A DNA stretch of 63,685 nucleotides, the filler included, from Neoconidiobolus thromboides FSU 785 (Eukaryota > Fungi > Entomophthoromycota): the NCBI GenBank assembly GCA_025603075.1. It is 2 parts of 2 records of this genome, joined end to end, with 100 filler letters (N's around TTAATTAATTAA, not from the genome) between each part and the next. Parts side by side here need not be neighbours in the genome. Positions count along the whole stretch, not along the records: positions 1 to 31,739 come from MU626473.1; 1 more part is not named here. One strand, 5' to 3'. Of the stretch, positions 14,198-27,600 are shown in pieces. The notes below the pieces were generated by a model. That model did not search any database, was not told the origin of the DNA, and saw only the letters and a list, made by a program, of their open reading frames with translations. The translations under genes and the position numbers were made by a program. Each line of letters begins with the position of its first letter. Positions within the stretch are counted from its first letter, which is position 1.

Positions 14198-15678
14198 ATG
14201 GCTAAAGTAGAAAATAATAAAATTATATGGGAAAATTCAGTAAGTTAATATATAATTCAGAGTTGAGAAATATATTGAGTTATATTAAAAGGAATTTCCA
14301 ATCCTTTGCGAGTCTTGTTTAGGCCCCAACCCTTATGTTCGTATGGTAAAAGCAAAATAAATATTAATTGTTATTTCTAATATTCATTAAATATTTAGAC
14401 AAAACAAAGTTTTGGTAAAGAGTGCAAAGTAAGGAAAGCAATATTATATAAAAAGAGAGTGATTAATAAAAGAGGTATGCCAAAGACCTTTTACAGTATT
14501 TAGATGGTGTCCAGGAGCAGGTATGCGTCATAAAAAAACGGAAATATGTCAAACTTGTGCCAAGATAAAGAATGTTTGCCAAACGTGTATTTTGGATCTA
14601 CAATATCATTTACCAGTACAAGTTCGAGATCAAGGGTTAAATGTAGCAGCTAATCTACCAAAAGATAGAGTGAATAAAGATTATTTTATTAAAAATGCCG
14701 AAAAAAAAGTAAGCTTTAGCTTAGATTTATAAATTAATTTGGAAACTAATCATTATAGCTTGAAAATGGGGAAGTAGTGTATGATTTTGAACAAGCTTCA
14801 TTAGCTGGTAAAAGTTTATTAAAAAAGATGGCGAGGGCTGAGCCTTTTTATCAAAGGAATAGACCTCATATTTGTTCTTTTTTTATTAAAGGTACTTGTA
14901 CCCGTGGTGATGCTTGTCCTTATAGGTAACATATAATAATTTTACGTTTTTAGTTTAAGATTCGATTTATCTTCATTAGACATGAAATTCCTAAAGATAA
15001 TGATTTGGGTAAACAAGATATTAGAAGTAGATACTTAGGAGAAGATGATCCAGTAGCTAAAAAATTATTGGCTAGAGCTTCTAATACTTCTACCTTAGCT
15101 ATACCAACCGATAAAAGTATAGTAAGCTTTGTTAGCTTTATGATATATATATATTAATTTTTATAGACTTCTTTATTTTTAACGGGTGTTCAGCCAGAGA
15201 TAACTGAATTTGATATAAAGTAATTATTTGTTTGATTGTTAATGAGCTATTATTGATTGCCATTATTAGAAAACATTTTGAAACATATGGATCAATTAAA
15301 TCTGTGATAATAGTAGCTAAAGCTAAATGTGCCTTTGTTAATTTTACAGATAGAGAAGGAGCAGAAAAAGCGGCTAAAAACAGTTTAAATGTAGAAATTA
15401 AATCGCACCCAGTTCAAGTTGCTTGGGCTAAACCTAAACCTAAAGGACCTCAAACGGAAATTAAAGGTAAAAAGTAGTATTCATTTAAGGGGATTATATT
15501 AATAATTAAAATTAGAAAAAGATAATAGTGAAACTACCAGTTCTAGTCTGTTACCCCCACCACCAGGGTCGAGTGATATGGTTTATCCTAGCCAAGGTAG
15601 TTTAATCTTGACTTTGTTTGTAATGTTTATTAAACTATTTTAGATCCTACAATGTTGGGTTCCTATCATACTAAATAA
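14198..15678 (+). CDS. SLT11: Pre-mRNA splicing factor RBM22/SLT11 (zinc fingers + RRM), ~10 exons
   Basis: [68 protein letters not shown] and RRM CAFVNF motifs. Confidence 0.93.
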
Positions 15679-15892
15679 AAGAAATTCGGAATATCATTTT
15701 GAGATACAATAAGAATATAACTAATTAAAAAAATAATCCCATTTAAATAAAACAAGGTTTTATTATATTAATGATGAGATTATTATAATTAAAAAATATT
15801 TTTAATCTAATGTATACAATACCAATTAAATAAAAATAGCACAATGATTAGTGTTTATTTCAAGTTTTATTTTTAAATTAAAGTATAATTTT

Positions 15893-16530
15893 TTATTTCA
15901 ATTCAAAAGAAATACCACAACCACAACCGGAAGCAGCGTTCGGATTATTAACTAATTTGAAAGTGGAACCTATTAGTTCTTGCGTAAAATCCAATTGACT
16001 ACCCACTATCAATGGTAAAAAAGCTTTATTTAATATAACTTTAGCCCCTTCTTTGTTTACAACTCTATTAAAAATATTCAATAAATAAAGTAAATATTAA
16101 GTCAAGTAAAGCTTATAATGTATTATAATAATTTTAAATAGTATGTAATAAAATAAAACAATCCAGTAAAATCAACTTACATATCTTCCTCTTCAATTTT
16201 ATCGTCTAAATCAAATAATAATTTAAAACCATGGCAACCGCCTGATTCTATAATAACTCTTAACCCTTGATTATAATTATTATCTCTTTTTTGTATCTTT
16301 TTAATTTGCTATAATATATAAAATACATTATAAATATATAGTAATCATTTAAAGCTTTAAATTACCTCAACCGCACTATCTGTAATCTCTAAATCTATTG
16401 GTTTGTTTGTATTCGTAGTGGTTTTACTGTCTGTATACCATCTTCGAAATGATATCGTCGAGACTGGTTTTGACAATACATTTGTTCGATATAGTTGAAG
16501 ACTTCTTTGCAATAGCGTGGATTTATTCAT
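15893..16530 (-). CDS. ISA2: Mitochondrial A-type Fe-S cluster assembly protein, 3 exons
   Basis: Arg/Ser/Thr-rich presequence, ESGGCHGF, GSQLDFTQELIGSTF and C-terminal GCGCGISF. Confidence 0.9.
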
Positions 16531-16854
16531 ATTATTAGTTTGATTAAAAATTGTTTTTTTCAAAATTGGTGCTTGGTAACTTCTAAAGGTGGAGATTTTA
16601 TTGGCTAAATAGAAATTCAGTGTGATGGCCTGAGCTTATAGATCTTAAGTAAAATTTTAGTGAGCTTAAATTAGTAGTGAAATCTAAAGAAGTTGCTTAA
16701 TTCAAAACTTTTCAAAAAATTAAAACTCAATTTAGTTAAACTTTAACAAATCCATCATTCCAAAAAGAAGCAAACAGCACTAAATTCCAGAAAATTATCT
16801 GCTATTAACTTGTTTTTTCATTTTTTTTTAAAAACTTAAAAAATACGTCTCATA

Positions 16855-19221
16855 ATGAGTTTAAATAGTGAAGAATTAAACTTATTAATATTAAATTATT
16901 TACAAGAGAGTGGTAATTATACTTAAATATTTAAGTCAACTATCAATAATGAATAAAATTAATTAAAATTTTCTTTTAATAGGTTTCTCTCACTCAGCGT
17001 TTACATTTCAACAAGAGAGTGTAGTACCTTCAAACACATTAAATGCAACTACAATAAAGCCTGGAGCATTGGTTAATTTAGCATTAAAAGGTTTACAATA
17101 TATGGAAATTGAAGCTCATGTGGATGAGGTAAGTTAGAGGAAAAACTTTAATCTCTTTTTCACAACCCAGTATTCAATAATCAATCAATTAATCTCCCTA
17201 TCTACAGGATGGTTACACCACCCATTGTCAAGCCCCATTTACCTTACTAGGAAAACATGAATGTGAATTAAAATCAATGGTTAAAAATCCAAAGAAAAAA
17301 GCTAAAGTTAGAAGGGAAATCATTAAAGATATGGAAGAAGTAGAATCGGATAGTAAATTCGATAATTTAGATATGGAAGATAAAAAAGAAGTTGATAAGG
17401 TTAAGGATATTAGTAAAGATATTTTGGGCTTAGAAAAGGGCAAAAATACATTGAATAGAAATGATAAAATTATTACAGATGAGGAACCGGAGGAGGAGGG
17501 TGAAGGTAAGTGGTTTTTATTAATGTTTGTATGAAGACAGGGATTGATTTTTTAAAATATAATTAGTGGATAAAGTATCTCAAAGTGATGGTACTGATCC
17601 TAGAGATAAAGCATATAATGTTGAATTAGAAAGTGAAGCTACTATATTAAATGGTCATGATTCAGAGGTAATTAATAAAATATTGACAACTAAACCATAG
17701 TTTATTTATTTATCATTTAGGTTTATTTGTGTGCTTGGAACCCAATGTTTCCTACACATATAGCTACAAGGTAAATAAATTAGTATTATTGAATAAACTA
17801 TTAATTTTAAATGATTTTGATTTAGTTCTCATGATGGATCAAGTCGAGTATGGCGTTTGCCAGCAGGATCGAAATCCGATAAAATATCATCTCATTTTTT
17901 AGCATATACCTCAGTTTCCGATAGTAAAGAAACTTCTGCTATGGATTGGCATGTAAGTTTTTTAATATGCAACAACACTGTTTTATAATCTTGTTATTAA
18001 TCCTTCTACTTTTAGCCAAAAGGAACAATGTTAGCCATTGGTTCCTATGATGGTTATTTACGTCAATATACACATAGTGGTTGGTTAAGATTTACGACGG
18101 AAGCACATTCATCGCCTATATTATCCGTAAAATATAGTCCTAAAGGAACATATATATTGACTGGTGGTATGGATTTTACAGCTAGATTATGGGAATCAGC
18201 AACGGGTAATCAAACTCAATTTTTTGAATGGCATGATGGTAAGTTTAGATTGAAATCATCAGATAGTCTTTTAAAGTTAATAATTCTTTTTTTAATTTTC
18301 AGATGCAGTTACTTGTGTGGCTTGGAAAGATGATGTTATATTTACAACAGCTTCATTGGATGGTAAATTAATATTAGGTAATGTAGACAAACAGAACAAA
18401 GTGTTTGAGTTTGAGGGGCATGAGGTAATAATGAGGAAATGTATTCTATTATTATTATATTAAACAACATTGGTAGGAAGGTGTTAATTCAATCGAGTGG
18501 GATGGTACTGGTACTTATTTAGCATCTGGATCGGATGATAAATTAGTTAAAGTAAGTATTAATTAGATGATTAATTTATGATATGAATTTATATTCAATG
18601 ATTGTTTTTATTATAGTTATGGAACAATAATCAAAAGACACCTATAAAAACATTATCTGGACATGAGGGTTCAATATCTCAAGTTAAATGGGGATTAGCT
18701 CCAATCGGACCTAATAATACAAGATTATTATTTTCGTAAGACATTATTATTATTAACTTATTTATTAATTTGATTTTTGTTTAATTTTAGTGCTTCTGAT
18801 GATAAAAGTGTATGTGTTTGGGATGTATTAAATGGTACAATGTTATATCGATTTTTAGATCATTCTTGTAGAATATCAGCAATTGCTATATCACCAGATT
18901 CTAAATTTTTGGCTTCTTGTGCTTTGGATTCTAATGTTCACGTTTATAATACAAGTGTAAGTTGAGATTTATTTTGAAGATTATTGGGATTTTAAAATTA
19001 ATTGTAATTTTTTATTTATTTATTTTAGGATGGTAAAAAAGTCAAAACATATTTTAGATTAGGAGATCTGTTTGATATTAAATGGTGCCCAAATGGACAC
19101 TCCGTTGCCGGTTGCTTTGCGGATTCTTCGGTAATTTTTGATATTAATATTTTATAACAAGAATTGGAAATGCTGATAATTATTTTTTATTTAGGTGGCT
19201 CTATTTGATGCTACTTTTTAA
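16855..19221 (+). CDS. SIF2: LisH + WD40 protein, TBL1/SIF2 family, highly intron-rich
   Basis: [28 protein letters not shown] (LisH), followed by GHDSEVYLCAWNP, MDWH, GHEEGVNSIEWD and SASDDKSVCVWD repeats. Confidence 0.88.
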
Positions 19222-19450
19222 GCAATATGATTTCTATTAATAAGAAATAATAATAATTATTTTTATTTTTTTAAATTCTTAATTAAAGTTTATATTATCT
19301 GTTATATAACTAAGATAAAATTATTTTTATTTTTGGAACTGATTTGTTTTGTTGATGCTGTAATTTTATGATAAGTGATAGTTTATAGTAGCAAATAGTT
19401 CAATAGATATGAATAAATAAATGTTTAAGTAATACTGTATTATTTATTAT

Positions 19451-19555
19451 ATATGGTGATATATTTCTTTAAGGGTTTTACTGATAACCTTCCCGCTCAA
19501 ATAGCGCTTAAAAAATGGAAAAAGTAATGAAACCAAAAAAGGCCACCCCCTATAT
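19451..19555 (-). mobile_element. MITE-like element, copy 4 (orientation B)
   Basis: ATATGGTGAT...TTTTACTGATAACCTTCCCGCTCAAATAGCGCTTAAAAAATGGAAAAAGTAATGAAACC...CCCCTATAT, the reverse complement of the consensus. Confidence 0.8.
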
Positions 19556-20069
19556 GTTATTTTGTAGGTCGATTAAATAGCAGATTAAATTTATAGTGCG
19601 TTAAACTTTAATGAATTCAAATCAAGTTAGTTTTGAAATAAGATTTTCAAGTCATTTAAACGAACTTTTATTTTAAAAAGTGAGTTTTATAATTAGTTAT
19701 TACAGCACATAAGTTGATTATTGTTAATGATAAAACAACTGAATATTTGAATGAATCTTTAATATTTATAGCATCTAGTTTAAACTAAGAGTTTCGATTA
19801 AAGTATGTAGCTATTATTAAATATATTAAATTATTTATAAAACAATTCCAATCCTTCCCTAAAATTAATATTATTAAAAAATACTTGTTCTCATTATTAA
19901 TTCATAATGATAAACTTAAATAAACCTATTTAATCTTATAAAACTTAATAAAAGCTTATTGTTAACCCCGAAAAAACTCATTCACAAACTGAAACTCAAC
20001 TATTATTTGCAAATAATCTCATTTAATTCCATAAATAAAATATCACTTTATTTAATTTCCCTATATCTT

Positions 20070-20572
20070 TTATTCTTCTTCTTCATCCTCATCCTCATCC
20101 TCATCTTCGTCCTCCTTTACTTTCTTATCATTAGTTTCATTCGAAGGCAACCAATTGATTTTAGTCTTATTAATATATGGCCAAGGTAATAAAGTAAGCT
20201 AAATAGAATAAAAAGCAGTTAATCCTCAATTTCTACAATTAAAAGATTAAACTAATTCTACTTACAAATAAAGTCAAACCAACGCAACCAGCAAATATAA
20301 ACCATAATTCTTGTAAAGATTGTCGATAAAAACCAATAGAAAATGATACAATCTAGTTAATAGAAATAATAGTTGTTAGTTGCTTTTTTATTTAAATATT
20401 TTTTCAAACTTACAGCTGATACTATAGTTAATACTCTGAATAATAATAAAGCATCATGTTGACCTTTAAAATCCTAAATTGTATAAATTATATTAGTTAA
20501 TAATTATCCAATATCATTTGTAATCTAATGAATTACTATTATGCCTTCAAAAGTCTTTAAAGAGATGGACAT
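20070..20572 (-). CDS. SPC1: Signal peptidase complex subunit 1 (SPC12/SPCS1), 4 exons; missed by the ORF track
   Basis: Spliced product MSISLKTFEGII-DFKGQ...two hydrophobic segments...LLPWPYINKTKINWLP, then an (ED)n tail. DFxGQ and PWP..W are SPC12 hallmarks. Confidence 0.8.
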
Positions 20573-21633
20573 TTTTTAAAAAAACAATAAAATAATAAAA
20601 TTAAAACTTAGAGTTACGTCTTTTAAATCTATAAATGAACTTTTGATTTAGGTGTTTTGTTTTGATTTGATATTAATTTGGGTGATTTTCGTTAAAAAAA
20701 ATTAAATAATTAATTGCCACTCTGTTGATTATAATAAATACATTGAAAATAAAAGAGATTAGATACGTAAATAGAATAGAATACGTTGAAGTTTTATATT
20801 AGTTATATTTCATTTTGTAAAACTTCATTATGAAAAGTTTCTTATTATAAAGTTCTTATCTGAATCCTAAAATAAAAAACAAATTTTATAAAGCTAATTC
20901 AATTTATAAAATGAAACTAATTTCTAACTTAAACTTTACATTCAAAAGTATTGAAAGGTAAGGAGTTTAGTAATATAAATAATAAAAATAATAGCATTGT
21001 ATAATAATAGCATGATAATTAGAACATAGCTAATTCAAGTCGAAAGCGATCTATTTAAAGGTATTTTTTATATTCAATTATTTAAAATTGATTATTTTTA
21101 TGAGGAATAAAGTTTAGTAAATAAATTTAGCTCAAAACTTAAATTAAATATTGATCTAAACATTCCTTTTTAAATGAACAGTTAAGGATATCGCATTTAG
21201 CTTGAATTAACTAAAAAATGATTCAATTTGACATTAAAATGGTATAATAGAAATGACGAAAATGATGTGTATTAGTGTTTAGATTGTATAAGCTATTTTT
21301 TATAGATTTATATTTAAATGAATAGTTTATAGAGTGTACTTTATAATTAAAAAGTTGAATTTTAAATTAAATCTTGTTTTATAGTATCCTTAGTTATTAA
21401 TTTTTTTTAGTATTTTTTGTTAATGAATTCACTTTCGCATCACTTTTTAATCTTTAAAACTCAACCCAACACTTAAAACTAACCAATGACTGTGTTCTTA
21501 TTCTGATAAGTGAACACCAAGTTTAAGTGATGGTGACCTCATAATTTCTTTTAAATTAAAATTGGTTTTTAAGAATATTTAATAAAAAGATTTTTTTCAG
21601 TTTTAATATTTATTTAAGCCACTTTAAAAAAAG

Positions 21634-24600
21634 ATGTTTGAAGCGGTGGTAGTAAGCGTATTGAATAAATTTTTAGGGGATTATGTAGAAAATTTTCAAG
21701 CAAATCAATTGAATATTGCTATTTGGAATGGTAGCTTTTATTATTTATACTATTATTTATACTAACTTTTATAGGTGATATCAAACTTAAAAATTTAAGA
21801 TTGAAAGATGAAGCACTTAGTAAATTAAAGTTGCCTATGGATTTTAAAGAAGGTAATTTGTTTAATCATTTTACTATGTAACTCCGATGCTAAATCTAAA
21901 CCATAGGCTATTTGGGTGAGCTAACGATGAAGATCCCTTGGCATAACTTAAAAAACTTACCTGTAGCGGTATCGATCAAGAATGTATATTTATTAATATC
22001 TCCAAAGGATGTGGTAGATCTTGATCCTAAAGAAGAAGAGGAACGTTCACAAAAATTAAAACAAGAAAAATTAGAAACTTCTGAATTAATGTTATTTAAA
22101 AATAATACCTCTCAAGAGGAAGATGCTAAACAATCTTCTTTTACTACTCAATTAGTGACGAAGATTTTAGATAATTTACAAGTTTCTATTGAAAATATTC
22201 ATCTTAGATATGAAGATAGTATTTCAAATCCTGGCCACCTTTTTGCTATTGGTGTTACCCTCTCTCAAATATCAGCTGTTTCTACGGATGAAAATTGGAA
22301 TGAAGCTATTATTGATAGTGCCTCTAAAGTCATTCATAAATTACTTACTTTAAAGAAATTTGGCATTTATTGGAACACTGAAACCAAATCTTTAGGAGGT
22401 AAATCAGTAGATGATGCTATTCGTACTTTTATGGGACTTATACCAAATGAGGAAGATAATGATTTAGGTGTTCAATATATATTAGAGCCTGTAAGTGCAT
22501 TGGGAAAATTAGTAGTTGATAGTGGCTTTGATACAGGAAAAACTAAAAATAAGGCCAATTTAGAGTTTGATCAATTTAACTTAATATTAGACAATGAACA
22601 ATATCGTGATCTTATGCTAACAACTTCCATGTTCGATTTAGTAATGCGTAAACAAAAGTATATTAAATATGAACCACCTAGTAAATTTAAATATAGTGAA
22701 AAGCCAGTGGAATGGTTCCGGTTTGCAGCAAGATGTGTTTTAGATGAAATTCATCAAAAAAGAAGACAATGGACATGGGAATATTTTGCTGAAAGGAGGG
22801 ATGACAGAAATAGATACAAGGATTTATATACAAAACTTAAGTTACAAATTATTGATGAAGAAGGCCATGTTGAGCTTAAAGCATTAGAAAGAAAATTAAA
22901 ATTTAGTGATATCAAATTTTATCGATCCTTGTCCCTTCCAGAAATCAATCGAAAGAAAGCAATTTTACAAAAAGCAGAAGAAGCTCAGCGACAGGCTTCT
23001 TGGTTAGGCTCTTGGCTCACTTGGGATTCGGGTGAAAAAAAAGAAGAGGATCCGCTTATCTCTGAAGAACAAATGCAACAGTTATATGAAACAATTGATT
23101 ATGATGAAGATGTTGCTTTACAAGTAGCAGATTTACCAAGAGAATTTGTCTTCCTCGCATTACAAGCTCAGCTTAAAAAAGGCTCCTTTATCTTAAGAAG
23201 TGATCCGCATGGAGCTGTGAATGATATTATTTCATTAAATATGAAGAATTTTTCAGTTGACTTTTTACAGAGAGTAAACTCGTTTAAAGCCAAGCTTCAA
23301 TTGAATGAGCTAGAACTGTTAGATGGTAGTGATTCTAATACAATTTACCCAAAGCTTATAAAAGTATCTGAAGAAGAAGTTTCTAAAGAGTTAACATCAT
23401 CGGAAGAAGAAGAAATGAAGAATAATAACCCGTTCTTTGATCTTGTTTATGAAAACAACCCATTGTCTGGGAACTCCGATAATGCAATAAGTTTAAAGAT
23501 GAGAAACCTGCAGATTATATATAACCCATCTACTGTAAATACGGTCGTTGATTTTTTTAAACCGCCTAAACCAGCTTATGATTCTGTAAGTGCTTTAATT
23601 GAAGCAGCTGGCAATAAATTGGAAGGTTTGAAAAAACAAACTACAGCATCGTTACAGTACGCTTTAGAAGAGCATAAGACATTAGATTTACTAGTGGATA
23701 TCAAAGCACCTTTAATTATTGTTCCTCATAGTTTTACAGATTCCGATTCTCAAGTAGTATTATTAGATTCTGGACATATTAGTATGGATAGCAAAACGAT
23801 TGATAAAGTCAAGAGACAAGAAGTACAAGAAAAACATATTGATGAGTTTACAGAAAAAGATTTTAAAAGTTTAGAATCTATGATGTATGATAAATTTGAT
23901 TTAGAACTTACATCAGTCCAATTAGTAGCTGGTAACTCATTAACACAATGTTTAGAAGCAGTTCAAGATAGTAAACCAGCTGGTGATTTACATATTGTAG
24001 ATCGTATCAATGTTAAATTTTCTGTATTAATATCTATTTTACCACAAGTCACTCATTTAACTAAAGTTTGTTTATCTGGTCATCTTCCTATTTTAAAGGT
24101 TAATTTTTCAGATCATAAATACAAAGCATTGATGTCAACTATTGATCTTATATTGCCATCTTCTAATGACACTAAAGCCAATCAAAACTTGGGAAAAAAC
24201 GAGTCAGGAGATGAGGTTAAACCAATATCTGAGCTATCTACAGCAGGAATAGCGGATTATGTATTTAGTGGGGAAGATGTTGATTTTAGTAGTAAAGTCT
24301 TAAATGAACCAACAGAAAATCAAGAAGATGATGAGGAATTTTTTGATGCAGAAGATAAAGTTGATGTTGAATTTGAAGCTAAATTTCAAAATTTGAATCA
24401 AAAATTATTTGTATTAGATTTTAAAATTGATAAGCTTAAAGCGTCTATTCGTAAAGCAGACCAGGATATTAACCATACAGAAACTGAATTAGCTGATGCA
24501 CATCTAGATGGTTTCTCTTTACATGTGACTCAATACCCTTATCATATGGATGTAGATATTGCTATTAAAACAGTCAATATCTTTGATAAATTGAATTCAG

Positions 24601-27600
24601 ATGCTCAATTTACACATTTGATTACATCTGAGGATGTTAATGAAGATAAAAATAAAGAAGGTGGTAAAGATTTAATGAAGATAAACTATATACGTGCCAA
24701 TTCAGAATCCCCAGAATTTGTGTCTAGATTTAATGAGATCAATCAAATGTTAGATGTTTCTTTTTCTAAATTATATGTGATTGTTACTCAAAAATCTATT
24801 CTATCATTATATAATTTTATTTTAGTTACATTTACTTCCAATTCATCAACTGATAATCAAAACGATACATCAGTAATTAATTCTTCAAATGAAGATGATA
24901 AACAAGAGGAAATCATAAATAATTCTACTATTATGGTAAAGACTAGAATGGATTCCATTCATTTAATATTAAATGATGATGGTTATAAAATTGCAACTAT
25001 CAATCTTTATGATGGTGATTTAACTGTATTAATGACGCATAGTTCATTAAGGTTAGATACTAAATTGAAGAATTTATCAATTATAGATAATACGGATGAA
25101 TATAATGATTTATTAAAAGAGAACCAATATAAATTACTATCCATTGATACAAAAGAAGTAGCTGAAATTCGATATGAAAGCTTTAACAATAAATCCTTAG
25201 ATTTAGGTTATGATAGTTTAGTTCATATTAATATTGGTGCTTTACGTTTACTATTCCTTGAAGAACAATTTACTTGTTTACTATCTTTCTTTTCTAGATT
25301 TGCTGAGATGCATTTATTATTTGAAACAGCAAGACAAGCTGCAATGAATTCTGCTTCTCAATTACAAGAACAAGTAAATAGGTTGAAATTTGAAATCTCC
25401 ATTAAATCACCCAAAGTTATCTTTCCAAAAAATTCAAAATCAAAAGATTTTATTACAGCTAATTTAGGAGAATTGATTATTAGTAATAATTTTAGTAACA
25501 ATACAGAATTGAAAAATGATCTCCAGATATTAAATACCATCCAGTTACAATTAAGTTCCATCTTTTTATCTTCTTCTATTGAATTTGAAGAATTTAATCA
25601 AAATTTACAAATTATTGAAGATATTAGTTTAGATCTAAAAGTTATTTTATGCGATTATATTAAATCTTCAAGTAGACCAGAAAAAGAAATTGTGGGTTCT
25701 TTAGCACCAGTATCTTTAAAATTAACTAGAAAACAATATGAACTATTAATGGATGTATTTAATTCAACCATGAGAGTAATTAATGGTAATCCAGAGCAAC
25801 AAGGATCAGTTCATCACTTGAATGATAATAATGTTGAAGAGAATAAAGAACAAAAAGAAGCTGAAAAAGATATAAAAAATAATTCAAATAAACAAGAAGA
25901 TGAAATTGATGATTTACATAATACATTAGATGCAGTGTTTTCATTAGAAAAAGTATATTTGGAACTTTATGACGGAGAAAATCCAGAAGAACTTTCAACT
26001 TCTAAATTAGCAGAATTATCCTTAAATAATACAAGTATTAAATATTTAGCTCAGTCCAATGGAATAACTGAAATGGAATCTGAAATTCATAGTTTCGTTG
26101 TACTTGATTCAAGAACAGATTTCAAATATCCCTTTAGAGAAATTATACCTGCTATAACTCATGAAGGTCCTCAATTTATGGCACATATTTCAACAAAACC
26201 AAATTCACCAGCTACTTATTTAATTACAATTGATAGTCCAAAAGTAGTCTTATCTGTTGAATTTTTATTAGCTATACAAAATTTTATTCTTAGTCCATTT
26301 CAAGATTTTAATGAAAATATATCGGATGTTATAGATGAAACAGATACTATATTTTCATTAGAAGATTCCAATAAACCAGTAAATGAAACTAACAATAAAC
26401 CACAAGTTAGTTTCTTTTATCGTGTTAATGTAGTAGATGCTGAAGTTATTGTATTAGCTGACATACGTAATCCATCTTCAGAAGCTATTGTATTATCTAT
26501 TCAACAAATTGTTATGTCACAACAAGGTGTCTTATCTTTAGTAGTTGATCGAATTGGAATGAGTTTATGTCAAATGAATTCAAGACAAAAAAGTTCCTTG
26601 AGATTTATTGATAATTTTGATATTATATTATCTTTAAATGAACAAATTAATAAGGGAGAACATAGTGTTACGGATATCTATGCTGATATTAAACCACTAA
26701 TATTACGTTTATCTTATAGAGATTTGATGTTAATTACAGATGTTATTAATAAATTTACTAAAGTATTTTATTCAACATCATCAGATAAAGATAACAAATC
26801 AAAAAAAGAAGTTATCAATCAACCTTTAGCTATTAACACTTCTTTAGATCGACATAATCGTACTTTATCAATGAATAGTACATTTTCATTAAGTAGTTCT
26901 ACTCAAACTTATTATCAAGTAATTAATAGAGAAACCCTTAAAGTAACAATACAAGGATTACAAGTAATATTAATTCGAGATGCTTATGATTTACCAATAA
27001 TTGATATTAATACAGAACCTTTTACTATTAATGTATCTGATTGGTCCACTCATTTAAAAGCTGAATTACAATTACAATTAAATGCCAATTTTTTCAATTT
27101 AAAAAATTCACATTGGGAACCATTAATTGAACCTTGGTCTTTATCTAGTACATTTTCTAAACCATCTAATGAAAGTAGTAAAATTGAATTGCAATCTAAA
27201 AAATTATTAGATTTTAATGTAACACCAGCTATTATTGAAACAATGTTAAGTTTTTTTGAAGAAATTAAAGAAAGTGGTCCATTAGATACGCCTAGGGGTA
27301 TTCATATACCTTATATTATTAGAAATCGCACAGGTTATGCTATGCATATTTGGGGAGATATTAATGGAGGTGATTCGTCAAGTATATCATTAAAACGTAT
27401 TCCAGATGGAGAAGATTTAAATTGGCGATTTTATGATTGGAAAGAAACAAGAGAAAATTTATCACAAGGTAGAAATTGTCTAGGATTACAATTTGAAAAT
27501 GTGACATGGGAAAGTTTAAAAGATATAATTGTTGATCAAGAAGGAGTAACAACATATCAATTACGTCCATTATTAATGGGAGTTGCACATCGATTAGTTT

